Shown here one piece after another: positions 41,896 through 51,239 of a DNA stretch of 64,000 bases. The DNA is from Dehalococcoidia bacterium (GTDB lineage Bacteria > Chloroflexota > Dehalococcoidia > Lucifugimonadales > UBA3495). The notes under the pieces are model-generated. The model searched no databases and was not told where the DNA came from. It worked only from the letters and a program-made list of their open reading frames with translations. The stretch covers positions 19,256-83,255 of the forward strand of contig DAOUHF010000071.1 in NCBI GenBank assembly GCA_034428795.1. The letters run 5' to 3'. Within the stretch, counting starts at the first letter, position 1. The number at the start of each line of letters is the position of its first letter. The position numbers and the translations under genes were made by a program.

Positions 41896-43419
41896 ATGAT
41901 TAATCAACTATTGGAGTTCTTCGGCTCTCGCGAGACGCCGGTATACCTGGTTGGCGGGTATGTGCGGGACCGGCTGTTGTCCCGCCCCACTGACCGGGAC
42001 ATCGACCTTGCCGTCGGGGGGGATGCCCTGGCAATTGCCGCCGTCCTGGCCCCTCACCTGGGCGGCTCTCTAGTGCCGCTGAGCCCCTCCCGAGGGTCGG
42101 TGCGCGTCGTGGTAAAAGCAGCTTCGCAAAAGGCCGCGGGACTCGATCCGGAAGTCGACCCGGAAGTCGACCCGGAAGAATCTGGTCCGGAGCAATCTGG
42201 TCCGGACGATGATGGTCCCCCATGGACGATTGACCTCACCGGCTATTCCGGCAGCATCGAGGAGGAGTTGGGGCGCCGGGACTTCACGGTCAACTCCATG
42301 GCCTTGCCCCTCGCCAGATGGGATGACCGGGAGGCCCTGTTGGACCCGCTGGGAGGACAGGCGGACTTGGCCCGGAAGCAGATACGTGCGCTCGGGCCCG
42401 GAATTTTCGAGTCGGACCCCGGCCGGTTGTTGCGGGCCATGCGGCTTTCTTCTCAATTGCGGTTCCGCCTTGAGCCCGAAACAGTCCGGCTGGTGGCCTC
42501 CAACGCTCACCGGCTGGCGGATGTGTCCGCTGACCGGGTCCGGGACGAATTCCTGCGTATTATGTCGTTGAATGGCGCCAAGGGACAACTGGAAGCCATG
42601 GACCGCCTTGGGCTTTTGGGGTTGATCATCCCGGAGTTGGAGGCCACCAAGGGAGTGGACCAACCCCGGATGCACTATTGGGACGTTTGGGGACACACCC
42701 TCCACGCCGTGGAAACCGCTGAATTGGTGACCCAGGGCCATCAGAATTCGTCCATCTATTTCTGCGTGCCCTGGCGCCCGGAAAGCGCGGCTTATTTCAA
42801 CCAGACCGTGGCCAACGGTCACAACAGGCGCACGGTGCTCAAGCTGGCGGCCCTCTTCCACGACATCGCCAAACCGCAGACCAAGACCGTGGACGCCACG
42901 GGCCGCACCCGTTTCTTCGGCCATTCGGAGCAGGGGGCCGAGACCGCGGCCAGACGCCTGCGGCAGCTTCGCGTAAGCTCCCGGGGGATCGCCATGGTGT
43001 CACGGATGGTGGAGGAGCACCTTAGGCCCACCAACATGATGCAGGGACAGGAATGGCCCTCCAACCGGGCAATTTACCGGTTTTTCCGGGATGTGGGTGA
43101 AGTCGCCACCGACACCATCTATTTGTGTCTCGCCGATTATTTGGCCGCAAAGGGGCCCGAGTTATCGCATCCGGAATGGCTTGACCATGCTAGAATGATG
43201 ACGCACATCCTCCACGTGGGCGCCAGTGAGCCGGTCTCCCCAGCAACCGTTCGTTTGGTTACCGGCCGGGACATAATGGAACGCCTCGGGTTGGATCCCG
43301 GTCCTAGGATCGGGTCGTTACTGGAAATAATCGAAGAAGCCCGGGCCGCCGGCCAGATCGAATCGGCCGAGCAGGCCTTGGAATTAGCCGCCCAGACACT
43401 GCAAAACTTGGAAGACTGA
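41896..43419 (+). CDS. cca: CCA-adding tRNA nucleotidyltransferase / poly(A) polymerase family with HD domain
   Basis: VYLVGGYVRDRLL, DIDLAV, RRDFTVNSMA, HD-region LFHDIAKP. Acidic repeat insertion DPEVDPEVDPEESGPEQSGPDDDGP. Confidence 0.85.
   Translation: MINQLLEFFGSRETPVYLVGGYVRDRLLSRPTDRDIDLAVGGDALAIAAVLAPHLGGSLVPLSPSRGSVRVVVKAASQKAAGLDPEVDPEVDPEESGPEQSGPDDDGPPWTIDLTGYSGSIEEELGRRDFTVNSMALPLARWDDREALLDPLGGQADLARKQIRALGPGIFESDPGRLLRAMRLSSQLRFRLEPETVRLVASNAHRLADVSADRVRDEFLRIMSLNGAKGQLEAMDRLGLLGLIIPELEATKGVDQPRMHYWDVWGHTLHAVETAELVTQGHQNSSIYFCVPWRPESAAYFNQTVANGHNRRTVLKLAALFHDIAKPQTKTVDATGRTRFFGHSEQGAETAARRLRQLRVSSRGIAMVSRMVEEHLRPTNMMQGQEWPSNRAIYRFFRDVGEVATDTIYLCLADYLAAKGPELSHPEWLDHARMMTHILHVGASEPVSPATVRLVTGRDIMERLGLDPGPRIGSLLEIIEEARAAGQIESAEQALELAAQTLQNLED
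42145..42210 (+). repeat. In-frame tandem repeats inside cca (12 bp x3, then 15 bp x2)
   Basis: gaYccggaagWM x3; tctggtccggaSSaW x2. Read directly. Confidence 0.9.
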
Positions 43420-43428
43420 CACTCATCA

Positions 43429-45468
43429 ATGCGCTCACGTAGTATCCGCTTGTCCATCGGGATCCTTTTGGTTCTCGGTCTCGCAATCGTCGCTCTCGGC
43501 TTCCCCTCCATCAATATAGACCTTCCGGGTTTCCCCGCGCTGGCGCGGGGCGGCTCCGGGCCGCTCGGCCTGAAGTTGGGCCTCGATCTCCGTGGGGGCG
43601 GCCACCTGGTCTATCAAGCCGACACCGGCACGCGCTTCGACGTCGCCTTTACGCAACCCATCGATTTCAACGAGTTAGCCGCGACCCTGGAACAGCTTCG
43701 CTTCGGTGAAGACGATTTGGCCCTGGAAGACTACCAAATCGTCCCCAGGGACCTGACGCTCCAGGTGCGGCAACCGGTCGAGGAAGCGCCGGAAAGCGAA
43801 GGAGAGGCCGTTCCCGATGAACCGGCCCCGGACGGACCGGCTGAGGACCAACCGGCCCCGGACGGAACGGTTGAGGATGGACCGGCGCCAGACGAGCAGG
43901 CTGAGGATGGACCGGCGCCAGACGAGCAGGCTGAGGATGAAGCGCCTCCCGAGCCGACGTTCGTCCAAGTTGTAAGCCGGTTCCAAATTCGGGCAACGCT
44001 CCTGGACCCAGCCGACCCGCGCCGGAACGGTCTGAGGGAGGCGCTCTCCACCGCGCTGGGGGAGATCAGCCTGTTCCAGATCACGGATATCCCCAGTCCA
44101 ACTCAGGACCAGATGGAAGGGATCCTGGACAACATAACCCGCCGGGTCAACCGCTTCGGCACCGAAGAGCCCATTATCCAGATATTCGGCGACGACCGGA
44201 TCATCGTCCAACTGCCCGGCGCCAGCGGTTCCACGTCGGAAATCCGGTTCATTGAACCGGCGGCCGGGCCCGCACAGTTGGGACTGGTGCGCCGCATTCT
44301 GGAAGATGCCGGAGTCGATGACGCTACGGTCACCCGGCTCGACGACAATACCTTCCACGTCATCTCGAGCACCATCGGAGCGGACATCCGCGCCGACGCC
44401 CAAGCCGCTCTGACCGACCAGATAGGCGATATAGACTCGTTCGAAGTCAACAGCGCCATCGACGCAGCCAAGAACCTCATCGGCCAGACCGCCCGGTTGG
44501 AATTCAAGGAGCGGACCTGTGCCGACCAGGGCTGCGTCCGTTTTGCCGACGCGGACCTTGGGCTGAGCGGCGACGACCTGGACCGTGCCGAGGCCGGAGC
44601 CGACCCTTCCGGATTCGGTTGGGTTGTAAACCTGCAGTTCAAAGACCGGGGCACGGAAATATTCTCGGAGCTTACCCGGCGAATTGTGGATGTTCCTACC
44701 AAGCGGATCGCGGTCGTTATGGACGATGACGAGCTCATCGCTCCCGTGGCCCTTGCCTGGATCAGGAACGGCCGCACTGTAATCAGCGGGGATTTTACCC
44801 GTGACGAAGCTCGTAACCTGGCCATCCAGCTTGAATCGGGGCGCCTGCCCGTGCCGTTGCAGCTGGTCCAGGAAAGGGACGTCGACGCCCTGCTCAGCTC
44901 CGAGTCCCTCAAGAACAGCCTGCTGGCCGGGATGGTCGGCTTGGGGCTGGTGCTGGTGTTCATGATCGCCTACTACCGAATGGCCGGAGTGGTGGCGGCC
45001 GGGGCGCTGATCTTCTATGCAGTCATAGTGCTGGCCGTGTTCAAACTGATTCCCATCACGTTGGAACTGGCCCACGTCGGGGGGTTCATACTCTCCATCG
45101 GTATGGCGGTGGACGCCAACATACTGATCTTCGAGCGAATGAAGGAAGAGGTCCGCATTGGGCGCACCCTCTCTTCGTCCATGGAGGTCGGATTCAGCCG
45201 TGCCTGGCCGGCCATCCGGGATAGCAACATTTCCACGATGATCACCTGCCTGGTGCTGATGTGGTTCGGCGACCGGTTGGGCGGCGGGTTGGTCACTGGG
45301 GTGGCCATCAGCCTGTTCATCGGGGTGGCGGTAAGCATGTTCACAGCGCTGGTCGTGAGCAGGAACCTGCTCCAGTTGATGGCCTGGATTGGTCTGGGAC
45401 AGCGGATCAGCCTGTTCACCCCGGAGCCGGCGTCGAGCCCCGCCCAGACCACTGGAGGAAACCGCTAG
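43429..45468 (+). CDS. secD: Protein translocase subunit SecD with a large periplasmic-domain insertion
   Basis: N-terminal TM, LGLDLRGG, C-terminal six-TM block GGFILSIGMAVDANILIFER. 679 aa. Confidence 0.9.
   Translation: MRSRSIRLSIGILLVLGLAIVALGFPSINIDLPGFPALARGGSGPLGLKLGLDLRGGGHLVYQADTGTRFDVAFTQPIDFNELAATLEQLRFGEDDLALEDYQIVPRDLTLQVRQPVEEAPESEGEAVPDEPAPDGPAEDQPAPDGTVEDGPAPDEQAEDGPAPDEQAEDEAPPEPTFVQVVSRFQIRATLLDPADPRRNGLREALSTALGEISLFQITDIPSPTQDQMEGILDNITRRVNRFGTEEPIIQIFGDDRIIVQLPGASGSTSEIRFIEPAAGPAQLGLVRRILEDAGVDDATVTRLDDNTFHVISSTIGADIRADAQAALTDQIGDIDSFEVNSAIDAAKNLIGQTARLEFKERTCADQGCVRFADADLGLSGDDLDRAEAGADPSGFGWVVNLQFKDRGTEIFSELTRRIVDVPTKRIAVVMDDDELIAPVALAWIRNGRTVISGDFTRDEARNLAIQLESGRLPVPLQLVQERDVDALLSSESLKNSLLAGMVGLGLVLVFMIAYYRMAGVVAAGALIFYAVIVLAVFKLIPITLELAHVGGFILSIGMAVDANILIFERMKEEVRIGRTLSSSMEVGFSRAWPAIRDSNISTMITCLVLMWFGDRLGGGLVTGVAISLFIGVAVSMFTALVVSRNLLQLMAWIGLGQRISLFTPEPASSPAQTTGGNR
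43821..43940 (+). repeat. In-frame 30-bp tandem repeat x4 inside secD (encodes PAPDGPAEDQ-type decapeptides)
   Basis: Units 3 and 4 differ at one base. Read directly. Confidence 0.9.
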
Positions 45469-45481
45469 TGCTGGACGACAA

Positions 45482-46438
45482 ATGTTAGACGTAGTGGGCA
45501 AGCGGAAGTGGTACTTCCTCTTCTCGGCGCTGATTATCATACCGGGGCTGCTGTCGATGCTGGCGCCGCCGGGCTGGGTGAGCGGTAACTCGGGATTCCT
45601 GGCCGGGATCGACTTCACCAGCGGCTCGGTCTTGAACGTGACCTTCGACGCTCCGGTCAACGAGGAGGATGTACAGGAACGGATGGCCCAATTGGGCCAC
45701 CCGGAAGCCCTGGTGCAGAGATTGGGCCGGGACAACTTCTTCATCCGCACCAAGGTGCTGAAGGAAGCGGTCGCCGGCGGCCTATCGGAGCGGGAGACCA
45801 TCGAACAGGGCCTGGAGGAACACCTCGGCCTGCAGCGGCAACGCGTGGAGTTCGACACCGTCTCACCCATCGTGGCCCAGGAAACGGTGCAGACCGCCTT
45901 CTATGCCCTGATCGCGGCCTCGGTATTCATCCTGCTGTATGTTTGGTACGCATTCCGCCGGGTACCCAAGGCCCATCGCTACGGGGTCAGCGCCATACTG
46001 GCCCTGGTTCACGACATCCTCGTGATCCTGGGTGTGTTCTCGATCCTGGGGCGGGTGATCGACCTCGAAGTTAACTCCATGTTCATCGTTGGTCTGCTCA
46101 TCGTCACCGGGTACAGCGTCAACGACACCATCGTGGTCTTCGACCGCATACGGGAGAATGTGCTGCGCCATCCCGACCGGGAGCTGGGACCGTTGGTGAA
46201 CCTGAGCATTATGGAAAGCCTGGGCCGGTCGTTGAACACCAGCATGACAACCCTCTTCGTCCTGGTTGCCATGCTGCTCATCGGAGGGACGAGCATCCGG
46301 GAGCTCCTGCTGGTGTTGGCCATCGGAGCCGTTGTCGGCACCTACAGCTCGATTTTCATCGCTAGCCAGTTCCTGGTCTCCTGGGACCGCGGCGAAATCG
46401 GCCGGATACTGCGCCGCCGTTCACCCGCCCCCGCTTAA
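45482..46438 (+). CDS. secF: Protein translocase subunit SecF
   Basis: Start placed at ATG 45482: MLDVVGKRKWYFLFSALIIIPGL. GYSVNDTIVVFDRIREN. Confidence 0.9.
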   Translation: MLDVVGKRKWYFLFSALIIIPGLLSMLAPPGWVSGNSGFLAGIDFTSGSVLNVTFDAPVNEEDVQERMAQLGHPEALVQRLGRDNFFIRTKVLKEAVAGGLSERETIEQGLEEHLGLQRQRVEFDTVSPIVAQETVQTAFYALIAASVFILLYVWYAFRRVPKAHRYGVSAILALVHDILVILGVFSILGRVIDLEVNSMFIVGLLIVTGYSVNDTIVVFDRIRENVLRHPDRELGPLVNLSIMESLGRSLNTSMTTLFVLVAMLLIGGTSIRELLLVLAIGAVVGTYSSIFIASQFLVSWDRGEIGRILRRRSPAPA

Positions 46439-46579
46439 CGACCAAAAAGACCCCCCTTTGGGGTTGGGCGCCCGGGGTGATTCCTCAGCCCTCCCAAAAG
46501 GCTGTAGCCTGGCGTAGCAGGGATCTTCCGTAGTTGCCCTTTTGCGAAGGAGGGAGGAGCGGCTCCGGCCGTTCATGCG

Positions 46580-47440
46580 GTGGCTCATATGGTGGTAATC
46601 GACGCTCATTGTCACGTCGTTCCGCCCTCGTTCCGTTCCCGGCGTCACGAACTGGTGGATGCCGACGCCACCTTCGGCGCCCTGTTCGCCCGGCCGGAGT
46701 CCAAACTGGCCACCGCAGAGGAACTGCTGGATGCCATGGATCGAGACGGGATCGACCGGGCGGTGGTGATGGGACTGGGATGGGACGACCGGCGGACCGC
46801 CGCGGAGGCCAACGACTACATCATCCAATCGGCCACGGTTTACCCCGGCCGGCTCACCGGCTTCTGCTCCGTGAACCCGGCGTGGGGAGAGGAGGCGCTG
46901 CGGGCGGTGGAGCGTTACGCGGCCGCTGGCGCGCGGGGCATCGGTGAGCTTCATCCGGATACGCAAGGCATCGACATCACCGACCGGGCGCTCATGGCCC
47001 CGCTCATGGACCTCGCCCGCTCGCTGGACCTGCCGGTGGTGGTGCATTCGTCGGAGCCGGTGGGTCACCAGTACCCCGGTAAGGGAAGCACTACACCCGG
47101 AAAGCTGTATAGCTTCATCACCAATTTCCCGGACAACACCATTATCTGCGCCCATTGGGGGGGCGGCCTGCCCTTCTACGCTCTGATGCCGGAAGTGCCC
47201 GGTTCGTTAGAACGGGTGTACTTCGACTCGGCGGCTTCGCCGTTTCTGTACTCCCCGGAAATATTCAGAACGGTGGCGGCGCTGGCCGGGGCGGACAAGG
47301 TGCTCTTCGCCAGTGATTACCCCCTGATGAGCCCGGCCCGTCCGCTGCGTCAACTCCGCTCCCTTGACCTGCCTCCGGAACACCAGCGGCTGATACTGGG
47401 TGAAAACGCCGCGCGCATCCTGGACCTCCCGGCCCTGTGA
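46580..47440 (+). CDS. Amidohydrolase-2 family metal-dependent hydrolase (TIM barrel)
   Basis: VIDAHCHVVPP, VVVHSSEP, FASDYP. Confidence 0.75.
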   Translation: MAHMVVIDAHCHVVPPSFRSRRHELVDADATFGALFARPESKLATAEELLDAMDRDGIDRAVVMGLGWDDRRTAAEANDYIIQSATVYPGRLTGFCSVNPAWGEEALRAVERYAAAGARGIGELHPDTQGIDITDRALMAPLMDLARSLDLPVVVHSSEPVGHQYPGKGSTTPGKLYSFITNFPDNTIICAHWGGGLPFYALMPEVPGSLERVYFDSAASPFLYSPEIFRTVAALAGADKVLFASDYPLMSPARPLRQLRSLDLPPEHQRLILGENAARILDLPAL

Positions 47441-47457
47441 CTCCAGGAACTGTGACA

Positions 47458-47991
47458 ATGGAACCCGAGTTCACCACATTGCCGGACTACTTGAAGGACG
47501 GGTTGGACCTCGTGTTAGTCGGCCTCAACCCGTCCCAGTACTCGGTGGAGGCCGGACACTACTTCGCCAACCCTCGTAATCGCTTTTGGACCGCGTTAAA
47601 CCGTTCGGGCCTGGTCCCGCGCGAGCTGGCCCCTGAGGATGACGGCAGCCTGTTGGACCTCGGCATCGGGCTGACCGACGTGGTGAAACGGCCAACACCT
47701 CAAGGATCGGGACTGAAAGCGGCAGACTACCGCCGCTGGGCCCCGGTGCTCAAAGAGAAACTGCTTCGCTGCCAGCCGGGCTTGGTCTGCTTCCACGGCC
47801 TGATGGCCTACAAGGCCTATCTCCGTTACGCTGACGGTCTCCAGGAGAGTCCGGGCTTGGGGCTGCAATTACGGACCATCGGCGCATCCCGGGTGTTCGT
47901 CGTTCCCAACCCCAGCCCGGCCAACGCCAAATATTCGGTCAACGACCTGGCATGTTGGTACCGTGAGTTGAAGGCAGTGCTGGAATCATGA
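47458..47991 (+). CDS. mug: G/U mismatch-specific (Mug/TDG, family 2) DNA glycosylase
   Basis: LVLVGLNPSQYS, GHYFANPRNRFW, VVPNPSPAN. An alternative GTG start at 47437 overlaps the upstream stop (GTGA). Confidence 0.8.
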   Translation: MEPEFTTLPDYLKDGLDLVLVGLNPSQYSVEAGHYFANPRNRFWTALNRSGLVPRELAPEDDGSLLDLGIGLTDVVKRPTPQGSGLKAADYRRWAPVLKEKLLRCQPGLVCFHGLMAYKAYLRYADGLQESPGLGLQLRTIGASRVFVVPNPSPANAKYSVNDLACWYRELKAVLES

Positions 47992-48617
47992 CCGCCGGAG
48001 ACCACACCCTCAGGGTATTCATCGCCACCGCCATATCCGGCGAAGCGCACCGGGCCCTGGAGCAGGTCATCGACGGACTGCGCCTCGAGCTTCCGTCGGG
48101 AGTGACCTGGGTCAGGCCGGAGGGAATCCATCTGACGCTGAAGTTCTTGGGCAACGTGAAGCGAGAACCCCTGTCACGGCTGCAAGAGGCGGTGGCCTCC
48201 GGGGTAATCGCCCAATCGCCCTTCCGGCTGCGCCTGTCCGGCTCCGGCGTGTTTCCCAACCGGAGGCGGCCCCGGGTGCTGTGGGCCGGCGTACAGGGGG
48301 AACTGGAAGCTCTGGGCGACCTGCGGCAAATGGTGGAGGACGCCGCCGTAAGGGTTGGATTCGCCCCGGAGGGACGCCCCTTCTCGCCGCATCTCACCTT
48401 GGGCCGGGTGCGGCGGGACGCCAACGAAGCTCTGCTGGAACGTATTTCCGCGGCCGTCGCCGCAGTCGACCTTCCCTACTCCGGCCCATGGGAGGTCCGC
48501 TCCGTCCAGACCATGCGGAGCATCCTCCATCCCACGGGCGCCGAATATACGGTGCTGGAATCGCCGCCCCTGGCGGGTTCGAGGCCGACCCAGGCCGCAA
48601 GTCCGGCGGGCCCCTGA
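47988..48617 (+). CDS. thpR: RNA 2',3'-cyclic phosphodiesterase (ThpR/LigT, 2H family)
   Basis: Two HxTx motifs (IHLTLKFLG, PHLTLGRV). ATGA overlap with mug. Confidence 0.8.
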   Translation: MTAGDHTLRVFIATAISGEAHRALEQVIDGLRLELPSGVTWVRPEGIHLTLKFLGNVKREPLSRLQEAVASGVIAQSPFRLRLSGSGVFPNRRRPRVLWAGVQGELEALGDLRQMVEDAAVRVGFAPEGRPFSPHLTLGRVRRDANEALLERISAAVAAVDLPYSGPWEVRSVQTMRSILHPTGAEYTVLESPPLAGSRPTQAASPAGP

Positions 48618-49522
48618 TGGACCGGGCGACTACGACAATAAGTCCCGTTCCGCCCTACGATTTCGAGCTTACGGCCGCGTTCCAGAGCCGCTATGGCCTC
48701 GACACCATGGAGGGCGGCACCTACCGCCGGTTGTTGGATCTCGGCGACAAGTTGGTGCTCGCTTCCGCCCGGTCGGTGGGGTCGATAAACACTCCCCAAC
48801 TGGAACTTCGGCTGCAAGGAGAGGGCCTTGGGTACGACGACGTCGGGCGGGCGACCCGACAGGTGGAATGGCTGCTGGGCGCCACCCAAGACCTGCAGCC
48901 ATTCTACTCGTTGGCCGCGTCGGACCCGGTGATGGCCGGATTGGTGGAGCGGTTTTACGGACTGCACCCAACCCACACCGCCACCCTGTTCGAGGCCCTG
49001 GTGCTTGGGGTGCTGGGACAGCAGATAGCCGCCAACGTGGCCCGTATCATCCGCACCCTGATAATCGAGCAGTTCGGACTCAGCGCCGTCATTGACGGAG
49101 AAACTTACTACGCTTTCCCTCGTCCCGATGCCATTTGGGCCTCCTGCCCTGACGTACTGCGGACGATGAAGCTGACCCAGCGAAAGTCCGAATACATACA
49201 CGGCCTGGCCGGGGCGGCGCTGGACCCCGCAACAAGCCTGGACCCCTTGGGCCACCTGCCCGACGAGGAGGTGGTCCAACGGCTGGTTTCCCTGCGGGGA
49301 ATCGGCAAATGGACCGCCCAATGGGCGCTGATCCGGGGTCTGTCCCGTCCCAACGCGCTTCCTTTGGGCGATTTGGCGCTGCGCCGGGTAGTATCCCGCC
49401 TCTATCTCGACGGACAAGAGACAACCGACGCTCAAGTGGAAGCGGTGGCCCGCCAATGGGAACCCCACCGCACTTATGCCACCGTCTACCTCTTCACCGC
49501 CCTCCGCTACGGGGTGGAATAG
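48617..49522 (+). CDS. HhH-GPD DNA glycosylase (AlkA-like 3-methyladenine glycosylase II)
   Basis: Start placed at ATG 48617, overlapping the thpR stop (TGATG). LRGIGKWTAQWALIRG...PLGDLALRR. Confidence 0.75.
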   Translation: MDRATTTISPVPPYDFELTAAFQSRYGLDTMEGGTYRRLLDLGDKLVLASARSVGSINTPQLELRLQGEGLGYDDVGRATRQVEWLLGATQDLQPFYSLAASDPVMAGLVERFYGLHPTHTATLFEALVLGVLGQQIAANVARIIRTLIIEQFGLSAVIDGETYYAFPRPDAIWASCPDVLRTMKLTQRKSEYIHGLAGAALDPATSLDPLGHLPDEEVVQRLVSLRGIGKWTAQWALIRGLSRPNALPLGDLALRRVVSRLYLDGQETTDAQVEAVARQWEPHRTYATVYLFTALRYGVE

Positions 49523-49624
49523 CGGAAGCCGCCTCCCTCTCGTCGTCCCGGTCGCAACCGGGACCCAGGGACCGATGCTGATTTCGGCTCCCCGGAATGC
49601 CGCTAACCGAAGATTCGGGTCTGG

Positions 49625-49644
49625 ATTCCGGCTGCGGCCGGAAT
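49625..49644. terminator. 8-bp GC-rich hairpin between convergent alkA-like and ffh genes
   Basis: ATTCCGGC-tgcg-GCCGGAAT. No strong U-tract on either strand. Confidence 0.3.
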
Positions 49645-49679
49645 GACGGGGGATTTTCCGACAGTTAAATGACCTTGGG

Positions 49680-51014
49680 TTAGCGGAACATCTTGAGGAG
49701 GGAAGCAGGGTTGCGTGACCGGGAGACTTGCTTTACCAGTTTCTGGGTCTGTTTGAATTGGTTCAAGAGCTGGTTGATGTCCTGGGGTGTGGTGCCGCTG
49801 CCCCGGGAGATGCGCCGCTTGCGGCTGCCGTTGATGATCTCGGGGCGTTGGCGCTCGTCGGGGGTCATGGAGCGGATAATCGCTTCGATGCGCTCAATCC
49901 GGCTTTCGTCCAAGTCGCCTGCGGGCAACTGCTTGCTCATCTGACCCATACCGGGAATCATTTCCATTATTTGGCTCAGGGAGCCCATCTTCCGGACGCT
50001 CTGAATCTGCTCCAGAAAGTCCTCCAGGTCGAAGCTGGCTTGCCGGAACTTTCGTTCCATCTCCTTGGCCCGGTCTTCGTCCACGGCGCTCTGGGCCTTT
50101 TCGATGAGAGTGAGAACGTCGCCCATGGCCAGGATACGGGAGGCGAGGCGGTCGGGGTGGAAGGCTTCCAGCCCGTCGGGGCGCTCCCCAACGCCCATGT
50201 ACTTGATCGGAACGCCGGTGACCCGCGTGATGGACAGGGCTGCGCCGCCCCGGGCGTCGCCGTCCATCTTGCTCATAATCAGGCCGGTCAACCCCACCCG
50301 GCCGTGGAACCCTTCGGCGGTGTTGACGGCGTCCTGCCCGGTCATGGCGTCGACGACCAACAGGATTTCGTTGGGGGAGACGGCCTTTTTGACCTCCTCC
50401 AACTCTTTCATCAACCCGTCGTCGATCTGCAGGCGGCCGCCGGTGTCGATAATAGCCCAGTTGACGCCAAGTTGTTGCGCCCGCTCCAGGCCGGCCCGGG
50501 CGACCTTGACAACGGACGATGACTTCGGGTCTTCGGAATAGACGGGGATGTCCAGTTGCCGTCCCAGGGTTTCCAGTTGCTGGATGGCGGCGGGACGCCT
50601 CAGGTCGGCGGCGATGAGGAGCGAGCGGCGGCCCTGCTTACGCTGCTCCAAGGCCAGTTTGGCGGCGGTGGTGGTTTTTCCCGAGCCTTGCAGTCCCACG
50701 AGCATGATGGCGGTGACCGGTTGGCTGGACAGCGTCAGGGTGTGGCTGCCCCCGCCGAGCAGAGAGGTCAACTCATCATGGACGATTTTTACGACCTGCT
50801 GTCCCGGTGTGAGGCTTTCCAGCACCTCGGAGCCTTGGGCCCGCGCTTTGACGCTGGCGACGAAGTCACGGGCCACGCGGAAATTGACGTCGGCCTCCAG
50901 CAAAGAGCGCCTGACCTCGCTCAGGGCCTCGTCGATGTCCTTGTCGGTCAGCCGGCCTTTGCTGGACAACCGGTTAAATATCCCGGTCAACCGGTCCGTC
51001 AGGTTCTCAAACAT
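49680..51014 (-). CDS. ffh: Signal recognition particle protein
   Basis: MFENLTDRL, GLQGSGKTTT, DTGGRL, M-domain with Met-rich segment. Confidence 0.95.
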   Translation of the reverse strand: MFENLTDRLTGIFNRLSSKGRLTDKDIDEALSEVRRSLLEADVNFRVARDFVASVKARAQGSEVLESLTPGQQVVKIVHDELTSLLGGGSHTLTLSSQPVTAIMLVGLQGSGKTTTAAKLALEQRKQGRRSLLIAADLRRPAAIQQLETLGRQLDIPVYSEDPKSSSVVKVARAGLERAQQLGVNWAIIDTGGRLQIDDGLMKELEEVKKAVSPNEILLVVDAMTGQDAVNTAEGFHGRVGLTGLIMSKMDGDARGGAALSITRVTGVPIKYMGVGERPDGLEAFHPDRLASRILAMGDVLTLIEKAQSAVDEDRAKEMERKFRQASFDLEDFLEQIQSVRKMGSLSQIMEMIPGMGQMSKQLPAGDLDESRIERIEAIIRSMTPDERQRPEIINGSRKRRISRGSGTTPQDINQLLNQFKQTQKLVKQVSRSRNPASLLKMFR

Positions 51015-51044
51015 TGCATTTCTCCATCGGCGCTATGACAGTTC

Positions 51045-51073
51045 GGGTAGTTTGATTCTAGTTATGGTGAATA
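51045..51073 (-). promoter_or_regulatory. Candidate sigma70-type promoter for ffh (TTGACC-N17-TAGAAT)
   Basis: Read on the minus strand. The -10 element ends ~30 nt upstream of the ffh ATG; GGAGA RBS follows. Confidence 0.55.
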
Positions 51074-51239
51074 AATGGGTCAAGGAAGTACCGGTCTCCC
51101 GCAGCAGGAATCGTGGCCGCCAGCCCGGTTGTGGGCGACCGGGTGTGCTAGAATTGTGGCGTTTCCAGGCCGCAGGGACGGCCAGATGGTGCGGCGGAGG
51201 TGTGGAACGGCCCGGTGTGTGTCGGGACCGTTCGTCCCC

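Noticed and set aside
43675-45870. 731-aa minus-strand ORF, plus similar long antisense ORFs (3659-5080, 9568-10764, 39879-40982, 48476-49468, 51033-52439, 53657-54850, 59715-61052)
   Set aside because: Each is antisense to a gene with unambiguous family motifs (secDF, mutase, UDG, priA, alkA-like, sbcC, GNAT/PPOX, rseP/dxr). Their compositions are Arg/Gly/Pro-rich, as is typical of non-coding frames in GC-rich DNA.
51075-51239. Upstream extensions of track ORFs (sbcC 51075; also fabD 7852, OppD 15096, SecF 45389, AlkA 48281, mutase 3419)
   Set aside because: The extensions overlap the preceding genes or promoters and have Arg/Pro/Gly-rich non-protein-like composition. Internal starts give canonical N-termini with RBSs or stop/start overlaps.
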